Assembly (NCBI GenBank): GCA_020346225.1
Contig: CP070777.1
Location: 1,077,005-1,141,004 of the forward strand
Length of the DNA: 64,000 nt
Reading direction: 5' to 3'
From: Candidatus Zixiibacteriota bacterium
GTDB lineage: Bacteria > Zixibacteria > MSB-5A5 > GN15 > FEB-12
Both the position numbers and the translations under genes were made by a program. This document shows positions 1-10,742 of the stretch, piece after piece. The notes under the pieces are model-generated. The model did no database searches. It was not told where the DNA came from and saw only the letters and a list, made by a program, of their open reading frames with translations. The stretch's first letter is position 1. Each line of letters opens with the position of its first letter.

Positions 1-48
1 CGATAGTAAAATTAGCAAGTGTTTCATTAAGTAAGACTCCTTTATTGA

Positions 49-2283
49 TTATTTGTTATATCCAAAATCGAATTTCATGCCGACGAACAGCTCGAATCCC
101 GGCCAGTAGCCGAACTCGACATCGGTCTCGTCAAGAAGGTTCTCCATTCGCACGAAGGTTTCCAGACCGCCATTGAATCGCTTGAATAGATTCAGATTAA
201 GGCGCGTCCGGTGCGGAGCATAAACAGCGTCGCCTTCGTTACCGCCGGTGTTGGAGCGCGGCACCCACAGCTTGCGGGACTGGTAGTCTGCCCAGAGGCT
301 GAAGCCGGCATTGAAGCGCTCAACGAGACCGGTCAGAAACAACTTGGCGGTGTGGTCCGGACGGTTTACCAGCTTCTCCTGCGTTTCCAGGTTTCGCGTG
401 TACAGATAATTGTATGAAAAGGAAAGATCCCAGGACGACGACAGACGCACGCGCGACTCCCATTCGATTCCCTGGGTGACAGCCGTTTCGATGTTCTGGT
501 AGACGTACACGCCCCGCCAGTACGGGTCGGGGAAACCGATGAGCGTGAAATCAATCAGGTCTTCCAGATGGTTATAAAAGTAGGTTATGCGGTGCAGCCC
601 GATGGTGCCGTAGGAGAACTCGGCGGAAATCGAGCTGTTGATGGAGTTTTCCTGTTTGAGGTCGGTGACCTCCAGACCGCCCAGGTCGATCCCGGATGAC
701 TCGATGGCCGAGCCGCCGTAAACGATATAGCCCGCCGCGGTATGGTCAAAGACGAAGTACTGCTGCTTTATGGACGGTGCCCGAAAACCCCTGCCCACAA
801 AGCCGCGCAACTTTAGACGCTCGCTCGGCTGGAACATGGCATTGAAGGACGGGTTGACATGCCCGCCGAACGAGCTGTGATTTTCATAACGAACCCCCGA
901 CACCAGGGTCCAAGCCGGATGGGGCGAATATTCATACTGTAGATAGCCGGCGATGGAATTGTCGGCTTTTGACCCAGCGATTACTTCCGACGACTTGAGG
1001 TCCTGGTAATTGTAGTCCAGGCCGTAGGTGGCGACGTGGTTGTGCCCTATCACGTAGTTCGACGTGTACGATGTCTCGAGGAAAATATCTTCCGTCTTGG
1101 AAGTATCTATCCAGAACGACTCGCTGAATTTGTTCCACTGGTGGTTATAGTAGGTGCCGAACAGTCTCAGCTTCATTGAGTAGCGATCGCCGGAGAGATA
1201 ATCGAAAACCACCGAACTCTCGTAGCGGGCGTTCTTTTCCTCGTCGTCATACGTATAGGTGGTGTCTTCCAGGGCGTTCTTGGCGACAATCTCCGACTCG
1301 ATCCAGTCACGGTTTTCAAACATCAGGCGGCCCGAGCCGGTCAGGCTCCACCGGTCGTCGAACCGGTGACGCAGTTTGCCGGAGAAGTTCCAGCGGTCGA
1401 TCTGCTCCTGCCCGTTAGTGTGCGGCGTGGTCAAATCCAGGTCAAAACCGTCGGTCGAAAACAGCCTGCCGCCCAGCATCAGCCCGGTGCGGTCATTGCC
1501 GTACTCGAAGTCGGCCGATGGGTTGAAACTGGTGTGGCTTCCGTAATCGAAATAAAGGTTGCCTTTCGAGACGTTGGCTGACGGCTTCCTGGTAATAATA
1601 TTGATAACGCCGCCCATGGCGTCGGAGCCGTATAAAGTCGAGCCGGTGCCCTTGACGATCTCAATCTTCTCGACATTGCTGAGGGAATACTGACTCAGGT
1701 CGATTGAACCGCGCACGCGGCCCACCGCCCGCTCGCCGTCAACCAGCACCAGCACCCGGTCGCCTTCAATGCCCCTGATAGTCGCTCCCTGGCCGGAAAG
1801 GTCCTCGTTGATGGTGATGCCGATTGACGATGTCAGGGCTTCGTCTACCGTGGTCGCACCGGTGCGCTCAAAATCGCGCTGCGTGACGACTTCCGTCTGT
1901 ACCGGTACGTTTTTCAAAAGGTGCGGGGAGCGGGTTCCCGTGACGACGACATCGTTCAAAACCCACGGCGCCGGACGAAGCTTGAAATCGAACCGCCGGG
2001 ATCCCGAGACGGTAACGGTGACCGTATCACCGGCGTCATAGGCGATGTGCGTGACCACCAGACGGTATTGGCCGTCAGCAAGCTGTTTGAACCGATATTC
2101 TCCGCGCCTGTCCGAGGCGGCAACCTGACCGGTTTCGATAATCCGCACGTTGGCGTCGCGAATCAGGTTGCTCGTTTCCGAGTCGTACACCCTCCCGGTC
2201 AATTCCGCTGCCGATATTCCGGTGCCGGCACCAATAAAAGCCGCCAGGCCAGCCGCACAAAAATTCCTCATACCTCTGCTCAT
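49..2283 (-). CDS. TonB-dependent outer-membrane receptor (CarboxypepD_reg-like N-domain, plug, beta-barrel)
   Basis: 744-aa ORF. It has a signal-like N-terminus, a CarboxypepD_reg-like segment (LTGRVYDSETSNLIRDANVRI), plug motifs (DVVVTGTR; IEIVKGTGSTLYGSDAMGGVINIIT) and a long Gly/Tyr/Asp-rich barrel region. Confidence 0.85.
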   Translation of the reverse strand: MSRGMRNFCAAGLAAFIGAGTGISAAELTGRVYDSETSNLIRDANVRIIETGQVAASDRRGEYRFKQLADGQYRLVVTHIAYDAGDTVTVTVSGSRRFDFKLRPAPWVLNDVVVTGTRSPHLLKNVPVQTEVVTQRDFERTGATTVDEALTSSIGITINEDLSGQGATIRGIEGDRVLVLVDGERAVGRVRGSIDLSQYSLSNVEKIEIVKGTGSTLYGSDAMGGVINIITRKPSANVSKGNLYFDYGSHTSFNPSADFEYGNDRTGLMLGGRLFSTDGFDLDLTTPHTNGQEQIDRWNFSGKLRHRFDDRWSLTGSGRLMFENRDWIESEIVAKNALEDTTYTYDDEEKNARYESSVVFDYLSGDRYSMKLRLFGTYYNHQWNKFSESFWIDTSKTEDIFLETSYTSNYVIGHNHVATYGLDYNYQDLKSSEVIAGSKADNSIAGYLQYEYSPHPAWTLVSGVRYENHSSFGGHVNPSFNAMFQPSERLKLRGFVGRGFRAPSIKQQYFVFDHTAAGYIVYGGSAIESSGIDLGGLEVTDLKQENSINSSISAEFSYGTIGLHRITYFYNHLEDLIDFTLIGFPDPYWRGVYVYQNIETAVTQGIEWESRVRLSSSWDLSFSYNYLYTRNLETQEKLVNRPDHTAKLFLTGLVERFNAGFSLWADYQSRKLWVPRSNTGGNEGDAVYAPHRTRLNLNLFKRFNGGLETFVRMENLLDETDVEFGYWPGFELFVGMKFDFGYNK

Positions 2284-2446
2284 AGCCTCTACCCGTCCTT
2301 TGTGTTGGTGAGCGCAAATTAGTGAGCAGAGGAGGCCGGTTTGTCATCCGACTGTCATAAACAATACAATTTTTGTTATTTTTTTCACAATGTGAGAGAC
2401 AAATTGCGGTGGAGGCGTTGCGAGTAGCTAAGCCTCAGAGGGGTAG

Positions 2447-3394
2447 TTACTTGGCGTATTTCCGGGCAGCGCGGTCGAAGGCGGGATCGGCAAGCTTTTT
2501 TATGAGCTTATTGAGGCTCCTTATGTCTTTGTCAGTCAACGAATTAAGCTTCCGGGCGAACTTGCCCGATTCAATATCTCGATAAACTGCGGCCATTTTC
2601 TTGCGGGTTTCATTCCCGATGACCTTTCTGCCGGAAGTTGTCGAACCGTAGCGAGCCGTGACAGAAATCCGTTTGTACATCCCTTCGATGCCGTACTGTT
2701 TGATTAGCCGGATTATAAGGTCAAGCTGATAAGCCACTTCCAGATAGGCGTTTTCCGGCGGAACACCCTTTTCCACGAGAAGCCTGAATCCGCTCACGAT
2801 CAACTCGGACAGCCCGCCGCAAAGAACCGCCTGCTCCCCGAAAAGGTCACCTATCGCTTCGTGCTCGAAACTGGTTTTTACCAGTCGGCTTTTCCTGAAG
2901 CCCATAGCCCTAGCCAAGGCGACGGCTTTTCGTTCGGCGCGGCCGGAACGGTCCTGCTCAACGGCGTAAAACGCCGACAGGGTGCGAGCCGTCAGGTACT
3001 GCTCTCGCACAAGAACACCCGGAGCGTGAGGCGCCACCATAATGACATCACAGTCCGGAGGCGGCTTGACAAAGCCGAAATGCACCGAAAAGCCGTGCAG
3101 AAAGACCAGTGTCGAGCCCTGTCTCAGATGCGGACGGATTTCCCGGGCGAAGACCCTTCCGTGAAGGTGATCGGGCAGGGCGAAGCAGAGGCAGTCTGCC
3201 ATTTTCACCGCCGCGCCGGCGCTATGCACCCGGGTGAACCCGTCCCGGCGAGCCGTTCGGCGGGCGGATGACTTGGCCGGCAGACCGATCACCACCTCGT
3301 ACGCGGAATCGCGAAGGTTCAGGGCGAGAGCCCGCCCCTGGGAACCGTAGCCCAGCATGGCCACCGGTCCTTTTTTTGTTTTCCTTTGCGGCAC
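2447..3394 (-). CDS. ilvC: ketol-acid reductoisomerase-like oxidoreductase (class I KARI fold, divergent)
   Basis: KARI-type motifs: MLGYGSQGRALALNLRDS (NADPH loop), HGFSVHF, DLFGEQAVLCGG. Length is 315 aa. No other ilv genes are adjacent. Confidence 0.7.
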   Translation of the reverse strand: MPQRKTKKGPVAMLGYGSQGRALALNLRDSAYEVVIGLPAKSSARRTARRDGFTRVHSAGAAVKMADCLCFALPDHLHGRVFAREIRPHLRQGSTLVFLHGFSVHFGFVKPPPDCDVIMVAPHAPGVLVREQYLTARTLSAFYAVEQDRSGRAERKAVALARAMGFRKSRLVKTSFEHEAIGDLFGEQAVLCGGLSELIVSGFRLLVEKGVPPENAYLEVAYQLDLIIRLIKQYGIEGMYKRISVTARYGSTTSGRKVIGNETRKKMAAVYRDIESGKFARKLNSLTDKDIRSLNKLIKKLADPAFDRAARKYAK

Positions 3395-3450
3395 GAATGG
3401 AATATAATAGCAGCGCAGAGCGATGCCAACAGCAACATCTCCATCAGGCT

Positions 3451-4335
3451 ATGGATAAAGCGTATTACCAAGCTGTCCGCAACCTGGTCAAGGCGGCCCT
3501 CGTCGAGGATATCGGCAAAGGCGATCTCACCTCTCTGGCCTGCCTTCAGCCGGAACCCATCAAGGCGCGGATCACGGCCAAGTCGGCCGGTGTTCTGTCG
3601 GGAATCGAACCGGCGCTCATGGCTTTTAACATCGTCGACTCCGGAAACACCGTTCGGCCGCTGAAAAAAGACTCCGAGCCGTTCGCAGCCGGAGATGTCG
3701 TTATGGAAATCGAAGGATTTAACCAGACGGTGCTGACAACGGAGCGCACAGCCCTTAATTTCCTCGCCCACCTCAGCGGCATAGCCACCTTTACCAACCG
3801 GTTCGTGAAAAAAATCGAGGGAACCCCGTGCCGCATTCTCGACACGCGCAAGACCACTCCCGGCTGGAGGTATCTCGAGAAGGCCGCCGTGGTGCACGGC
3901 GGCGGGCACAATCACCGCTATGGACTTTACGATATGATCCTCGTGAAGGATAACCACATCGCCGCGGCCGGCTCAATCGGGCGGGCGGTGGAGATGACCC
4001 GCGAATTCCTCAGAACGGCGCAGTTTCGTCAACAGTTCAACGCCAGGGAGGAAGATATCGAGATCGAGGTCGAGGTCACCGCCGAAGAGGAGGTCACCCG
4101 GGCCATCAAGGCCGGTATCACCCGGTTGCTGCTCGATAACCAGTCTGTGGAATCTTTGAAAAAGCTCGTGGCCCTGTCCCGAAAGCTCGACCCGGCCGTA
4201 CAGTTGGAGGCATCGGGAAACGTCACTCTCGACAACGTGGCCGACATCGCCGCGACCGGGGTCGATTTCATCTCCATTGGAGCGATCACGCACTCTGCAG
4301 AAGCGGCCGATTTTTCACTCGGCGTCACCAAATAA
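3451..4335 (+). CDS. nadC: nicotinate-nucleotide diphosphorylase (quinolinate phosphoribosyltransferase)
   Basis: Motifs TERTALNFLAHLSGIAT, ILDTRKTTPGWR and HRYGLYDMILVKDNH. The tracked ORF starts at 3268, but that extension overlaps divergent ilvC. The ATG at 3451 (MDKAYYQAV...) gives a typical length of about 294 aa. The ATG at 3397 is an alternative. Confidence 0.85.
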   Translation: MDKAYYQAVRNLVKAALVEDIGKGDLTSLACLQPEPIKARITAKSAGVLSGIEPALMAFNIVDSGNTVRPLKKDSEPFAAGDVVMEIEGFNQTVLTTERTALNFLAHLSGIATFTNRFVKKIEGTPCRILDTRKTTPGWRYLEKAAVVHGGGHNHRYGLYDMILVKDNHIAAAGSIGRAVEMTREFLRTAQFRQQFNAREEDIEIEVEVTAEEEVTRAIKAGITRLLLDNQSVESLKKLVALSRKLDPAVQLEASGNVTLDNVADIAATGVDFISIGAITHSAEAADFSLGVTK

Positions 4336-4340
4336 CTCTC

Positions 4341-5342
4341 ATGACACCTACTGACATAGAGAAACTGGCCGATGAAATACTGCTTGGGTTGCGACGGCGT
4401 CCCGGAAAGCTGTTCTCCCTCAAGGCGCTCGCCAACAATCTGCGAGCCGATCTCGGCGATACCGTTTCGGCCCTGACGCTGCTTCGTCAGTGGGGCTATC
4501 GACTCAACAAGAGCGCCGGGAAGGTGGCCCTGCGCGCGACCCCCGACAGCCTTACCGCCACCGAGATTTCCTATGGCCTCAAAACAAGGTTTATCGGCCG
4601 CGCAATCCACTGTTACCAGTCGGTAAAATCCACCAACGACATTGCGATTGCGCTGGCCGAGAAGGGACAGAAGGAAGGCACCATCGTTACGGCCGAAGAG
4701 CAGACTCGGGGAAAGGGACGCCTGGGGCGCAGCTGGCATTCGCCGGCCAGGGCCGGCATTTACATTTCCATAATACTGAGGCCAAGATTCGAGCCGGAAC
4801 TGGCGCCCGGTCTGGCGATCATGACGTCCCTGGCTCTGGCCGATACCCTCAACTCCTTCTGTCCCGGGTCGGTGCGGATAAAGTGGCCCAACGACATCCA
4901 GATCGGCGGGCGAAAGGTGGCCGGGATACTGACCGAGCTTTCGGCCGAGAAGAGTGGAATCGACTATGTCGTTATTGGAACAGGCATCAACGTCAACCAC
5001 CGGCCAGGCGACTTCCCCGAAGACCTCAGGGCCATCGCGACCTCGGTCCGGGCGGCCGTGCGCAAGAAGGTCAGGCGGATCGAACTGCTTCAGGACTTCC
5101 TGCGAAGATTCGAGAAGGAATATCTGAGATACACCAAGCGCCAGCTGGCGCCGTCGCGCCGTAGGCTCTTGGCTTATTCGTCGCTCATCGGTTCGACCGT
5201 GAAGCTTAGCATCGGACGAAAAACCGTCGAAGGCCTGGCGGTTGACATCAACAAGGCCGGAGAACTGGTGATCGAGCGAGACGGCCGCCGTCAGGCGGTT
5301 TCCAGCGGCGAAGTCACGGTCATAAAAGACGGGGCCTGTTGA
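4341..5342 (+). CDS. birA: bifunctional biotin-[acetyl-CoA-carboxylase] ligase / biotin operon repressor
   Basis: An N-terminal HTH-like segment is followed by the biotin ligase signature GKGRLGRSWHSP and KWPNDI. It starts 5 nt after the nadC stop. Confidence 0.85.
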   Translation: MTPTDIEKLADEILLGLRRRPGKLFSLKALANNLRADLGDTVSALTLLRQWGYRLNKSAGKVALRATPDSLTATEISYGLKTRFIGRAIHCYQSVKSTNDIAIALAEKGQKEGTIVTAEEQTRGKGRLGRSWHSPARAGIYISIILRPRFEPELAPGLAIMTSLALADTLNSFCPGSVRIKWPNDIQIGGRKVAGILTELSAEKSGIDYVVIGTGINVNHRPGDFPEDLRAIATSVRAAVRKKVRRIELLQDFLRRFEKEYLRYTKRQLAPSRRRLLAYSSLIGSTVKLSIGRKTVEGLAVDINKAGELVIERDGRRQAVSSGEVTVIKDGAC

Positions 5343-5458
5343 AAATTCACAATCACGGAACTAATTCGGTCACCCACACATTCTATATCTGACTTCCGGC
5401 CGGACGCGGTCAGGACAGGTAACAACAGACACCCGGCAGGACAGCGGAAGGTTGTGTT

Positions 5459-5647
5459 ATGGGAAAAGTGAAGATTACACTCATCAAGAATGGATCGGCC
5501 AAGGTAGATTGCGATAAAACGGAAATCGTCATGCTCGACGGTTCCGTGGTTGTTATGGAAGGTTCATTTTTTCTGTGCCGATGCGGTCATTCGAAGAATA
5601 AGCCTTTCTGCGACGGCTCGCACAGCAGGTGCGGATTCAGGGACTAG
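5459..5647 (+). CDS. CDGSH iron-sulfur domain protein
   Basis: 62 aa containing CRCGHSKNKPFCDGSH, the CDGSH 2Fe-2S motif. Confidence 0.8.
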   Translation: MGKVKITLIKNGSAKVDCDKTEIVMLDGSVVVMEGSFFLCRCGHSKNKPFCDGSHSRCGFRD

Positions 5648-5673
5648 CGCCGGACCCACTCCCCAAAAGACCC

Positions 5674-6201
5674 TTACCGGCTTCGCTGATAGCGACTCAG
5701 GGCAGCCACTATCGTCGGCACAAGGATTAGCTGGATGATTATGCCCGGGAGCCCCGCCACGATGGCGCCGCCGGAAGAGAAGAACACCGCGGCGGAGTAG
5801 GGCAGATTCATGAACATCCCCAGGATAAACAGGCCGAGGCCGAACATCAACCGGCCCAGCACCAGCGACGCAACCAGAGTAACATAGAGATTGAGCTTCA
5901 GCGTTCGGTAGCCCAGTCCCGCAATCAAACCGTACATCGGCAGTTCCAGGGTCATGAGCGGGACAGCGTATGAGGGGGGCATGCCCGTGAGCAGAAATGA
6001 CAGTCCCGGCGCCAGAAGACCGACGATCACTCCCGACAGCGGCCCGACAAGGAAACCGGCCAGGAGCACGGGAAGATGCATCGGCAGAAAAATGCGTCCG
6101 GCCATCCCAAAGGCATGAAAGCCGATCGGCACCAGCACGGCCAGAGCCAGAAAAAGCGCCACGTGGACTATGAATCGGGTCTGGGACGGTAAGGTTGTCA
6201 C
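5674..6201 (-). CDS. polytopic membrane protein, ECF-transporter S-component-like (substrate unknown)
   Basis: 175 aa with about 5-6 hydrophobic helices. The pattern FLPMHLPVLLAGFLVGPLSGVIVGLLAPGLSFLLTGMP resembles ECF S components. No ECF A or T genes are nearby. It probably shares an operon with the methyltransferase upstream (11-nt gap). Confidence 0.4.
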   Translation of the reverse strand: MTTLPSQTRFIVHVALFLALAVLVPIGFHAFGMAGRIFLPMHLPVLLAGFLVGPLSGVIVGLLAPGLSFLLTGMPPSYAVPLMTLELPMYGLIAGLGYRTLKLNLYVTLVASLVLGRLMFGLGLFILGMFMNLPYSAAVFFSSGGAIVAGLPGIIIQLILVPTIVAALSRYQRSR

Positions 6202-6212
6202 TATCTACCGGT

Positions 6213-6815
6213 TTATTTACGGTTTACGGCTGAGGCCAGATAAAGCCCTGGAACATCGTCGATCACGATGTCGGCGAACTTGCTGCTGTCGAGCATGTTG
6301 CGCAGGCGGCTTTCCGGCGGAATCTGGTCATGTGCAACGACTCCGCCCGCCTTATGATGAATGTGGGAAAGCTCCCTGGAAGATGTCAGATGAATGATAT
6401 AAAACCTGGCGCCGGCCTTGAGCACCCGATGCGTTTCATCTACGGCCTTCTGCTGGTCCGAGAAATGCGGAAAGGCGGAGAAGGCGACGGCCATATCGAA
6501 GGTCGAGTCGGCAAAAGGCAGGCTGGCGGCATCGCCGTCAACTACATTCACGTTGGTAAAGGGGAAATTCCGGTGAGCTTTCTGAGCCATGGCATAAGAG
6601 AAATCGACTCCCGTCACGGAGCCGGATTCAGTCACATGGCGTCGCAGCATGTCAAAGAGAACCCCCGTACCGCAGCCAAGGTCCAGGACCGCCATCCCCT
6701 TTCTAACGCCCAGACAGTCCACAACATGGGAAAGTCGCTCCAGGTCTTCGGCCGTAAAGAGCAGGTCCCATTGAGCGGCCAGGGCATCGAAGAACTGCTG
6801 ATGTTCATCAGGCAT
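6213..6815 (-). CDS. class I SAM-dependent methyltransferase
   Basis: Motif I is VLDLGCGTGVL. The architecture is Methyltransf_11-like, 200 aa. Confidence 0.75.
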   Translation of the reverse strand: MPDEHQQFFDALAAQWDLLFTAEDLERLSHVVDCLGVRKGMAVLDLGCGTGVLFDMLRRHVTESGSVTGVDFSYAMAQKAHRNFPFTNVNVVDGDAASLPFADSTFDMAVAFSAFPHFSDQQKAVDETHRVLKAGARFYIIHLTSSRELSHIHHKAGGVVAHDQIPPESRLRNMLDSSKFADIVIDDVPGLYLASAVNRK

Positions 6816-6997
6816 GGTTCACCAAAATCAAGCCGCGACCGCGTCAAGTCAAGCGTTTTCCGGCAGGCGGCGAAACCAGAAGACGCTCGGAACGGTTGCA
6901 TTGTCATATCGAGAAAGTGATTGCATAGCCCGGTTTTCTTCTTTCACGACCGGCCGCATTTTGTATATTTAGAGGTTAAACTATCCCCGAGGCCAAG

Positions 6998-9850
6998 ATG
7001 GCAAACAGCAGCCGGTACAAGAAGAACAAGGAATTTCTCCACGTCAAAGGCGCCCGCGAGCATAACCTCAAGAATATAGACATCCAGATTCCGCGGAACA
7101 CCTTGACGGTGATAACCGGGTTGTCCGGTTCGGGTAAAAGCTCGCTGGCATTCGATACCATCTACGCCGAAGGCCAGCGACGGTATGTCGAGTCCCTCTC
7201 TTCCTATGCCCGGCAGTTTCTGGGCCTGATGGAGAAGCCCGACGTCGATTTTATCGAGGGACTTTCGCCGGCCATCTCCATCGAGCAACGGGGCACACCC
7301 CGAAACCCCCGTTCGACCGTGGGTACCGTCACCGAAATCTACGATTACCTGCGGCTCCTTTTCGCGAGGGTGGGCATACCGCACTGCGTCAAGTGCGGTC
7401 AGCCCATCACCCAGCAGACCGTGGAACAGATTGTCGACTCCGTGCTCACCTTCGAGGAAGGCACCCGCATGATGGTTCTGGCACCTCTGGTCAGGGGCAA
7501 GAAAGGTGAGCATAAAGAGATCATCGAGGAGGCCCGCCGGGAGGGGTTTGTCCGGCTGCGCATCGACAATGAGGTTGTCGAGGCCGACAGCGATATCGTG
7601 CTGGAGAAGAAAAAGAAACACAGCATCGAGGCGGTGGTTGACCGGCTGGTGGTCAAGAGCAAGTCGAAGCACCGGCTGGCCGACTCGGTTGAGACGGCCG
7701 TCAAGACCGGCCAGGGGACGGTGCTTATAAACATCAAGGGCAAAGATCTTCTGTTTTCCGAGCAGTCCGCCTGCCTCAACTGTAACATAAGCTACGACGA
7801 ACCCAGCCCGCGCATGTTCTCGTTCAATTCACCCTACGGCGCCTGCCAGGTGTGCGACGGTCTTGGCCAGCGCATGAAGATCGACCCGGGGCTTGTCGTG
7901 CCCGACCCGTCGCTGTCGATCAACGACGGCGCCATAAGGCCCTGGGGCGGCGCCGACATGTCGAACTGGTACCGCTACATGCTCAAGGGCGTGGCCCGCC
8001 ATTACAGCTTCAAGTTCTCCGTCCCGTTCAACAGGCTCTCCCAGAAGGTACAGCAGGTGATACTGTACGGTTCGGGCAGGCAGGAAATACAGTTTGAGTT
8101 CGAACACACTTCCGGTAAAGGCCGGGGTTCGGGTATTTACCGGTCCACTTTTGAGGGCGTCATCCCGCATCTCGAACGGCGTTACCGGCAGACCGAATCG
8201 GGCGGCGTGAGGCAGTGGATCGAAAATTACATGTCCATCAGCGACTGTCCGGCCTGCCACGGTTCCCGCCTCAGGCCGGAAGCGCTCTCGGTCATCATCG
8301 ATCGAGAGACTATCGACAGCATCACGGCGATGTCAATCAAGCGAAGCCTGAATTTTTTCAACAACATAAGGTTGACGAAGCGCCAGCAGGCTATCGCCAA
8401 GCAGATTCTGAAGGAAGTCAAGGAGCGGCTGGGGTTTCTGTGCGATGTCGGCCTGGATTACCTCACTCTCAGCCGGGCTGCCTCGACCCTTTCGGGTGGC
8501 GAAGCCCAGCGGATTCGACTGGCCACCCAGATCGGTTCGCGGCTGGTCGGCGTGCTCTACATCCTCGACGAGCCGTCGGTCGGGCTTCACCAGCGCGATA
8601 ACAAAAAGCTACTCAATACTCTTACCGAGCTCCGCGATATCGGCAACACCGTGCTGGTCGTGGAACACGACCGCGAAACGATCGAATGCGCCGACTACGT
8701 CATAGATCTCGGGCCGGGAGCCGGTGTTCACGGCGGCCAGGTGGTGGCCGTAGGCAAGCCCGCCGCGATCAAGAAAGCCCGAAAGTCGATCACCGGTCAA
8801 TATCTGGTCGGAAGCCGTCGCATTGAAACGCCGTCCAGGCGGCGGCCGGCCAACGACAGTTACCTTCAGCTACAGGGCGCCACGGGGAATAACCTCAAGG
8901 CCGTCAACGTTGACATTCCCCTGGGTCGCTTCGTCGTGATCACCGGCGTTTCGGGTTCGGGTAAATCAACTCTCATCAATGAGACCCTGTACCGCATCCT
9001 GGCCCGTGAATTCTATAACAGCCGCACGGCCCCCCTGCCGTACGAGCGTATCAGCGGCACGGAAAACATCGATAAGGTCATCGATATCGATCAGTCGCCC
9101 ATAGGGCGGACACCCCGGTCCAATCCGGCCACCTACACCGGTGTCTTCACCCACATCCGTGATCTCTTCGCGGGTCTTACCGAATCCCGGGCGCGCGGCT
9201 ATCTGCCCGGACGATTCTCGTTCAACGTCAAAGGCGGCCGGTGCGACGCCTGCGAGGGTGACGGGATCATCAAGATCGAGATGCACTTCCTGCCCGATGT
9301 TTACATTCCCTGTGAAGTCTGCAAGGGCAAACGCTACAACCGGGAAACCCTCGAAGTCGCCTTCAAGGGGAAGAACATCGCCGACGTTCTCGATATGACC
9401 GTCGAGGAGGCCCTTAAGTTCTTTGAGAACATTCCCCGCATAAAGAAGAAACTGATGACCCTGTATAATGTCGGTCTGGGCTACATTCATCTCGGTCAGC
9501 AGGCCACGACTCTCTCCGGGGGAGAGGCACAGCGGGTCAAGCTGGCGGCGGAGTTGTCGAAGGTGGCCACCGGACGCACCCTGTACATCCTCGATGAGCC
9601 TACCACCGGGCTGCACTTCGAGGATATTCGCATGCTCCTGAGAGTCCTGAATGAACTGGTCGACCGCGGCAATACCGTTCTGGTCATCGAACACAACATG
9701 GATGTCATCAAAACCGCCGACTGGATTATCGACATCGGTCCGGAGGGCGGCGATGACGGCGGGCGGATCCTCGCTACCGGAACGCCCGAAGAAGTGGCTT
9801 CTGTCCGGGTCTCTTATACCGGCAGATACCTGAAAGAAGTCCTGAAATAG
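6998..9850 (+). CDS. uvrA: excinuclease ABC subunit A
   Basis: 950 aa. Two ABC modules ([14 protein letters not shown]; [14 protein letters not shown]), two LSGGEAQR signatures and zinc-finger Cys clusters (CLNC..CQVCDG; [14 protein letters not shown]). Confidence 0.97.
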   Translation: MANSSRYKKNKEFLHVKGAREHNLKNIDIQIPRNTLTVITGLSGSGKSSLAFDTIYAEGQRRYVESLSSYARQFLGLMEKPDVDFIEGLSPAISIEQRGTPRNPRSTVGTVTEIYDYLRLLFARVGIPHCVKCGQPITQQTVEQIVDSVLTFEEGTRMMVLAPLVRGKKGEHKEIIEEARREGFVRLRIDNEVVEADSDIVLEKKKKHSIEAVVDRLVVKSKSKHRLADSVETAVKTGQGTVLINIKGKDLLFSEQSACLNCNISYDEPSPRMFSFNSPYGACQVCDGLGQRMKIDPGLVVPDPSLSINDGAIRPWGGADMSNWYRYMLKGVARHYSFKFSVPFNRLSQKVQQVILYGSGRQEIQFEFEHTSGKGRGSGIYRSTFEGVIPHLERRYRQTESGGVRQWIENYMSISDCPACHGSRLRPEALSVIIDRETIDSITAMSIKRSLNFFNNIRLTKRQQAIAKQILKEVKERLGFLCDVGLDYLTLSRAASTLSGGEAQRIRLATQIGSRLVGVLYILDEPSVGLHQRDNKKLLNTLTELRDIGNTVLVVEHDRETIECADYVIDLGPGAGVHGGQVVAVGKPAAIKKARKSITGQYLVGSRRIETPSRRRPANDSYLQLQGATGNNLKAVNVDIPLGRFVVITGVSGSGKSTLINETLYRILAREFYNSRTAPLPYERISGTENIDKVIDIDQSPIGRTPRSNPATYTGVFTHIRDLFAGLTESRARGYLPGRFSFNVKGGRCDACEGDGIIKIEMHFLPDVYIPCEVCKGKRYNRETLEVAFKGKNIADVLDMTVEEALKFFENIPRIKKKLMTLYNVGLGYIHLGQQATTLSGGEAQRVKLAAELSKVATGRTLYILDEPTTGLHFEDIRMLLRVLNELVDRGNTVLVIEHNMDVIKTADWIIDIGPEGGDDGGRILATGTPEEVASVRVSYTGRYLKEVLK

Positions 9851-9867
9851 TCACCGAGGAGCCGGAC

Positions 9868-10719
9868 TTGCCGGAACTGCCCGAAGTTGAAACCGTCGCT
9901 AGGGGATTGCGCGACACCGTCCTAGGCCGCACCATCGCCCGGGTCCGTCTGAAAGCTCCTCCCGGCTCAACCGTCGTAAGCCCCGCTTTCGGCCAAAAAC
10001 GGTTCGAACGCATTCTCCGGGGAAGGACGATTCTGGACGTGCGGCGTCGCGGCAAGAATATCCTGCTGGCCCTGTCCGGCGATGCGACCCTCTGGGTTCA
10101 CCTCAAAATGACCGGCCACTTTTACTATCTCAGGAAAACCGAGCCAGTCGACCGGCACGACCTGGTGGTGATTGACTTCAAAGCCGCTCTCGGGTGCGAT
10201 AACGGTAAGAATCTCCGGTTTAACGACTATCGGCGATTCGGGCGACTCCGTTTATACCGCGATGACGAACTCTGGCAGCAGAGGGGGCTGGGAGACCTCG
10301 GCCCGGAACCGCTGGAAATGTCTTCCCGGGAATTTCTCTCGATATGCCGCCGGAGTTCGCGCATGATCAAACCGGCCCTGCTCGATCAGACGTTTGTCGC
10401 CGGACTGGGTAACATCTACGCCGACGAATCCCTGCACGCCGCCCGCATTCACCCGAGACGAGCGACCGCCTCGATATCATCCCGAAAACTGCTCGAGCTG
10501 CACCACCACATTCAGCGGTTGCTCAAGTCGGCCATAAACAAGATGGGAACGTCGGTCGACTCCTACGCCGGCGTGAACGGCCAGCCGGGAAGATTCCAGA
10601 AATATCTCAGGGTGTACGGCCGCGAAGGGCTGCCCTGTAAGTTCTGCGGTCGCGCTGTTGTGAGAGAAAAGGTGGGTTCGCGCTCGGCCCACTTTTGCCC
10701 CAGGTGCCAGCGTCCCTGA
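9868..10719 (+). CDS. mutM: formamidopyrimidine-DNA glycosylase
   Basis: A TTG start is followed by PELPEVETV, exposing the catalytic N-terminal Pro. C-terminal zinc finger is CKFCG...CPRCQ. Confidence 0.9.
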   Translation: MPELPEVETVARGLRDTVLGRTIARVRLKAPPGSTVVSPAFGQKRFERILRGRTILDVRRRGKNILLALSGDATLWVHLKMTGHFYYLRKTEPVDRHDLVVIDFKAALGCDNGKNLRFNDYRRFGRLRLYRDDELWQQRGLGDLGPEPLEMSSREFLSICRRSSRMIKPALLDQTFVAGLGNIYADESLHAARIHPRRATASISSRKLLELHHHIQRLLKSAINKMGTSVDSYAGVNGQPGRFQKYLRVYGREGLPCKFCGRAVVREKVGSRSAHFCPRCQRP

Positions 10720-10742
10720 ACCGATTCAGGCACCGGTGACCG

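Noticed and set aside
2357-2379. AT-rich imperfect palindrome ATAAACAA...TTGTTAT upstream of the first TonB-dependent receptor, considered as a Fur-like or other operator.
   Set aside because: The arms are out of register by one base. It does not match the Fur consensus. AT-rich promoter DNA produces such pseudo-palindromes readily.
6816-6997. Divergent region upstream of uvrA, checked for a LexA/SOS box.
   Set aside because: There is no CTGT-N8-ACAG or GAAC-N4-GTTC palindrome. GAACGGTTGC and TGTATATTT are only partial resemblances.
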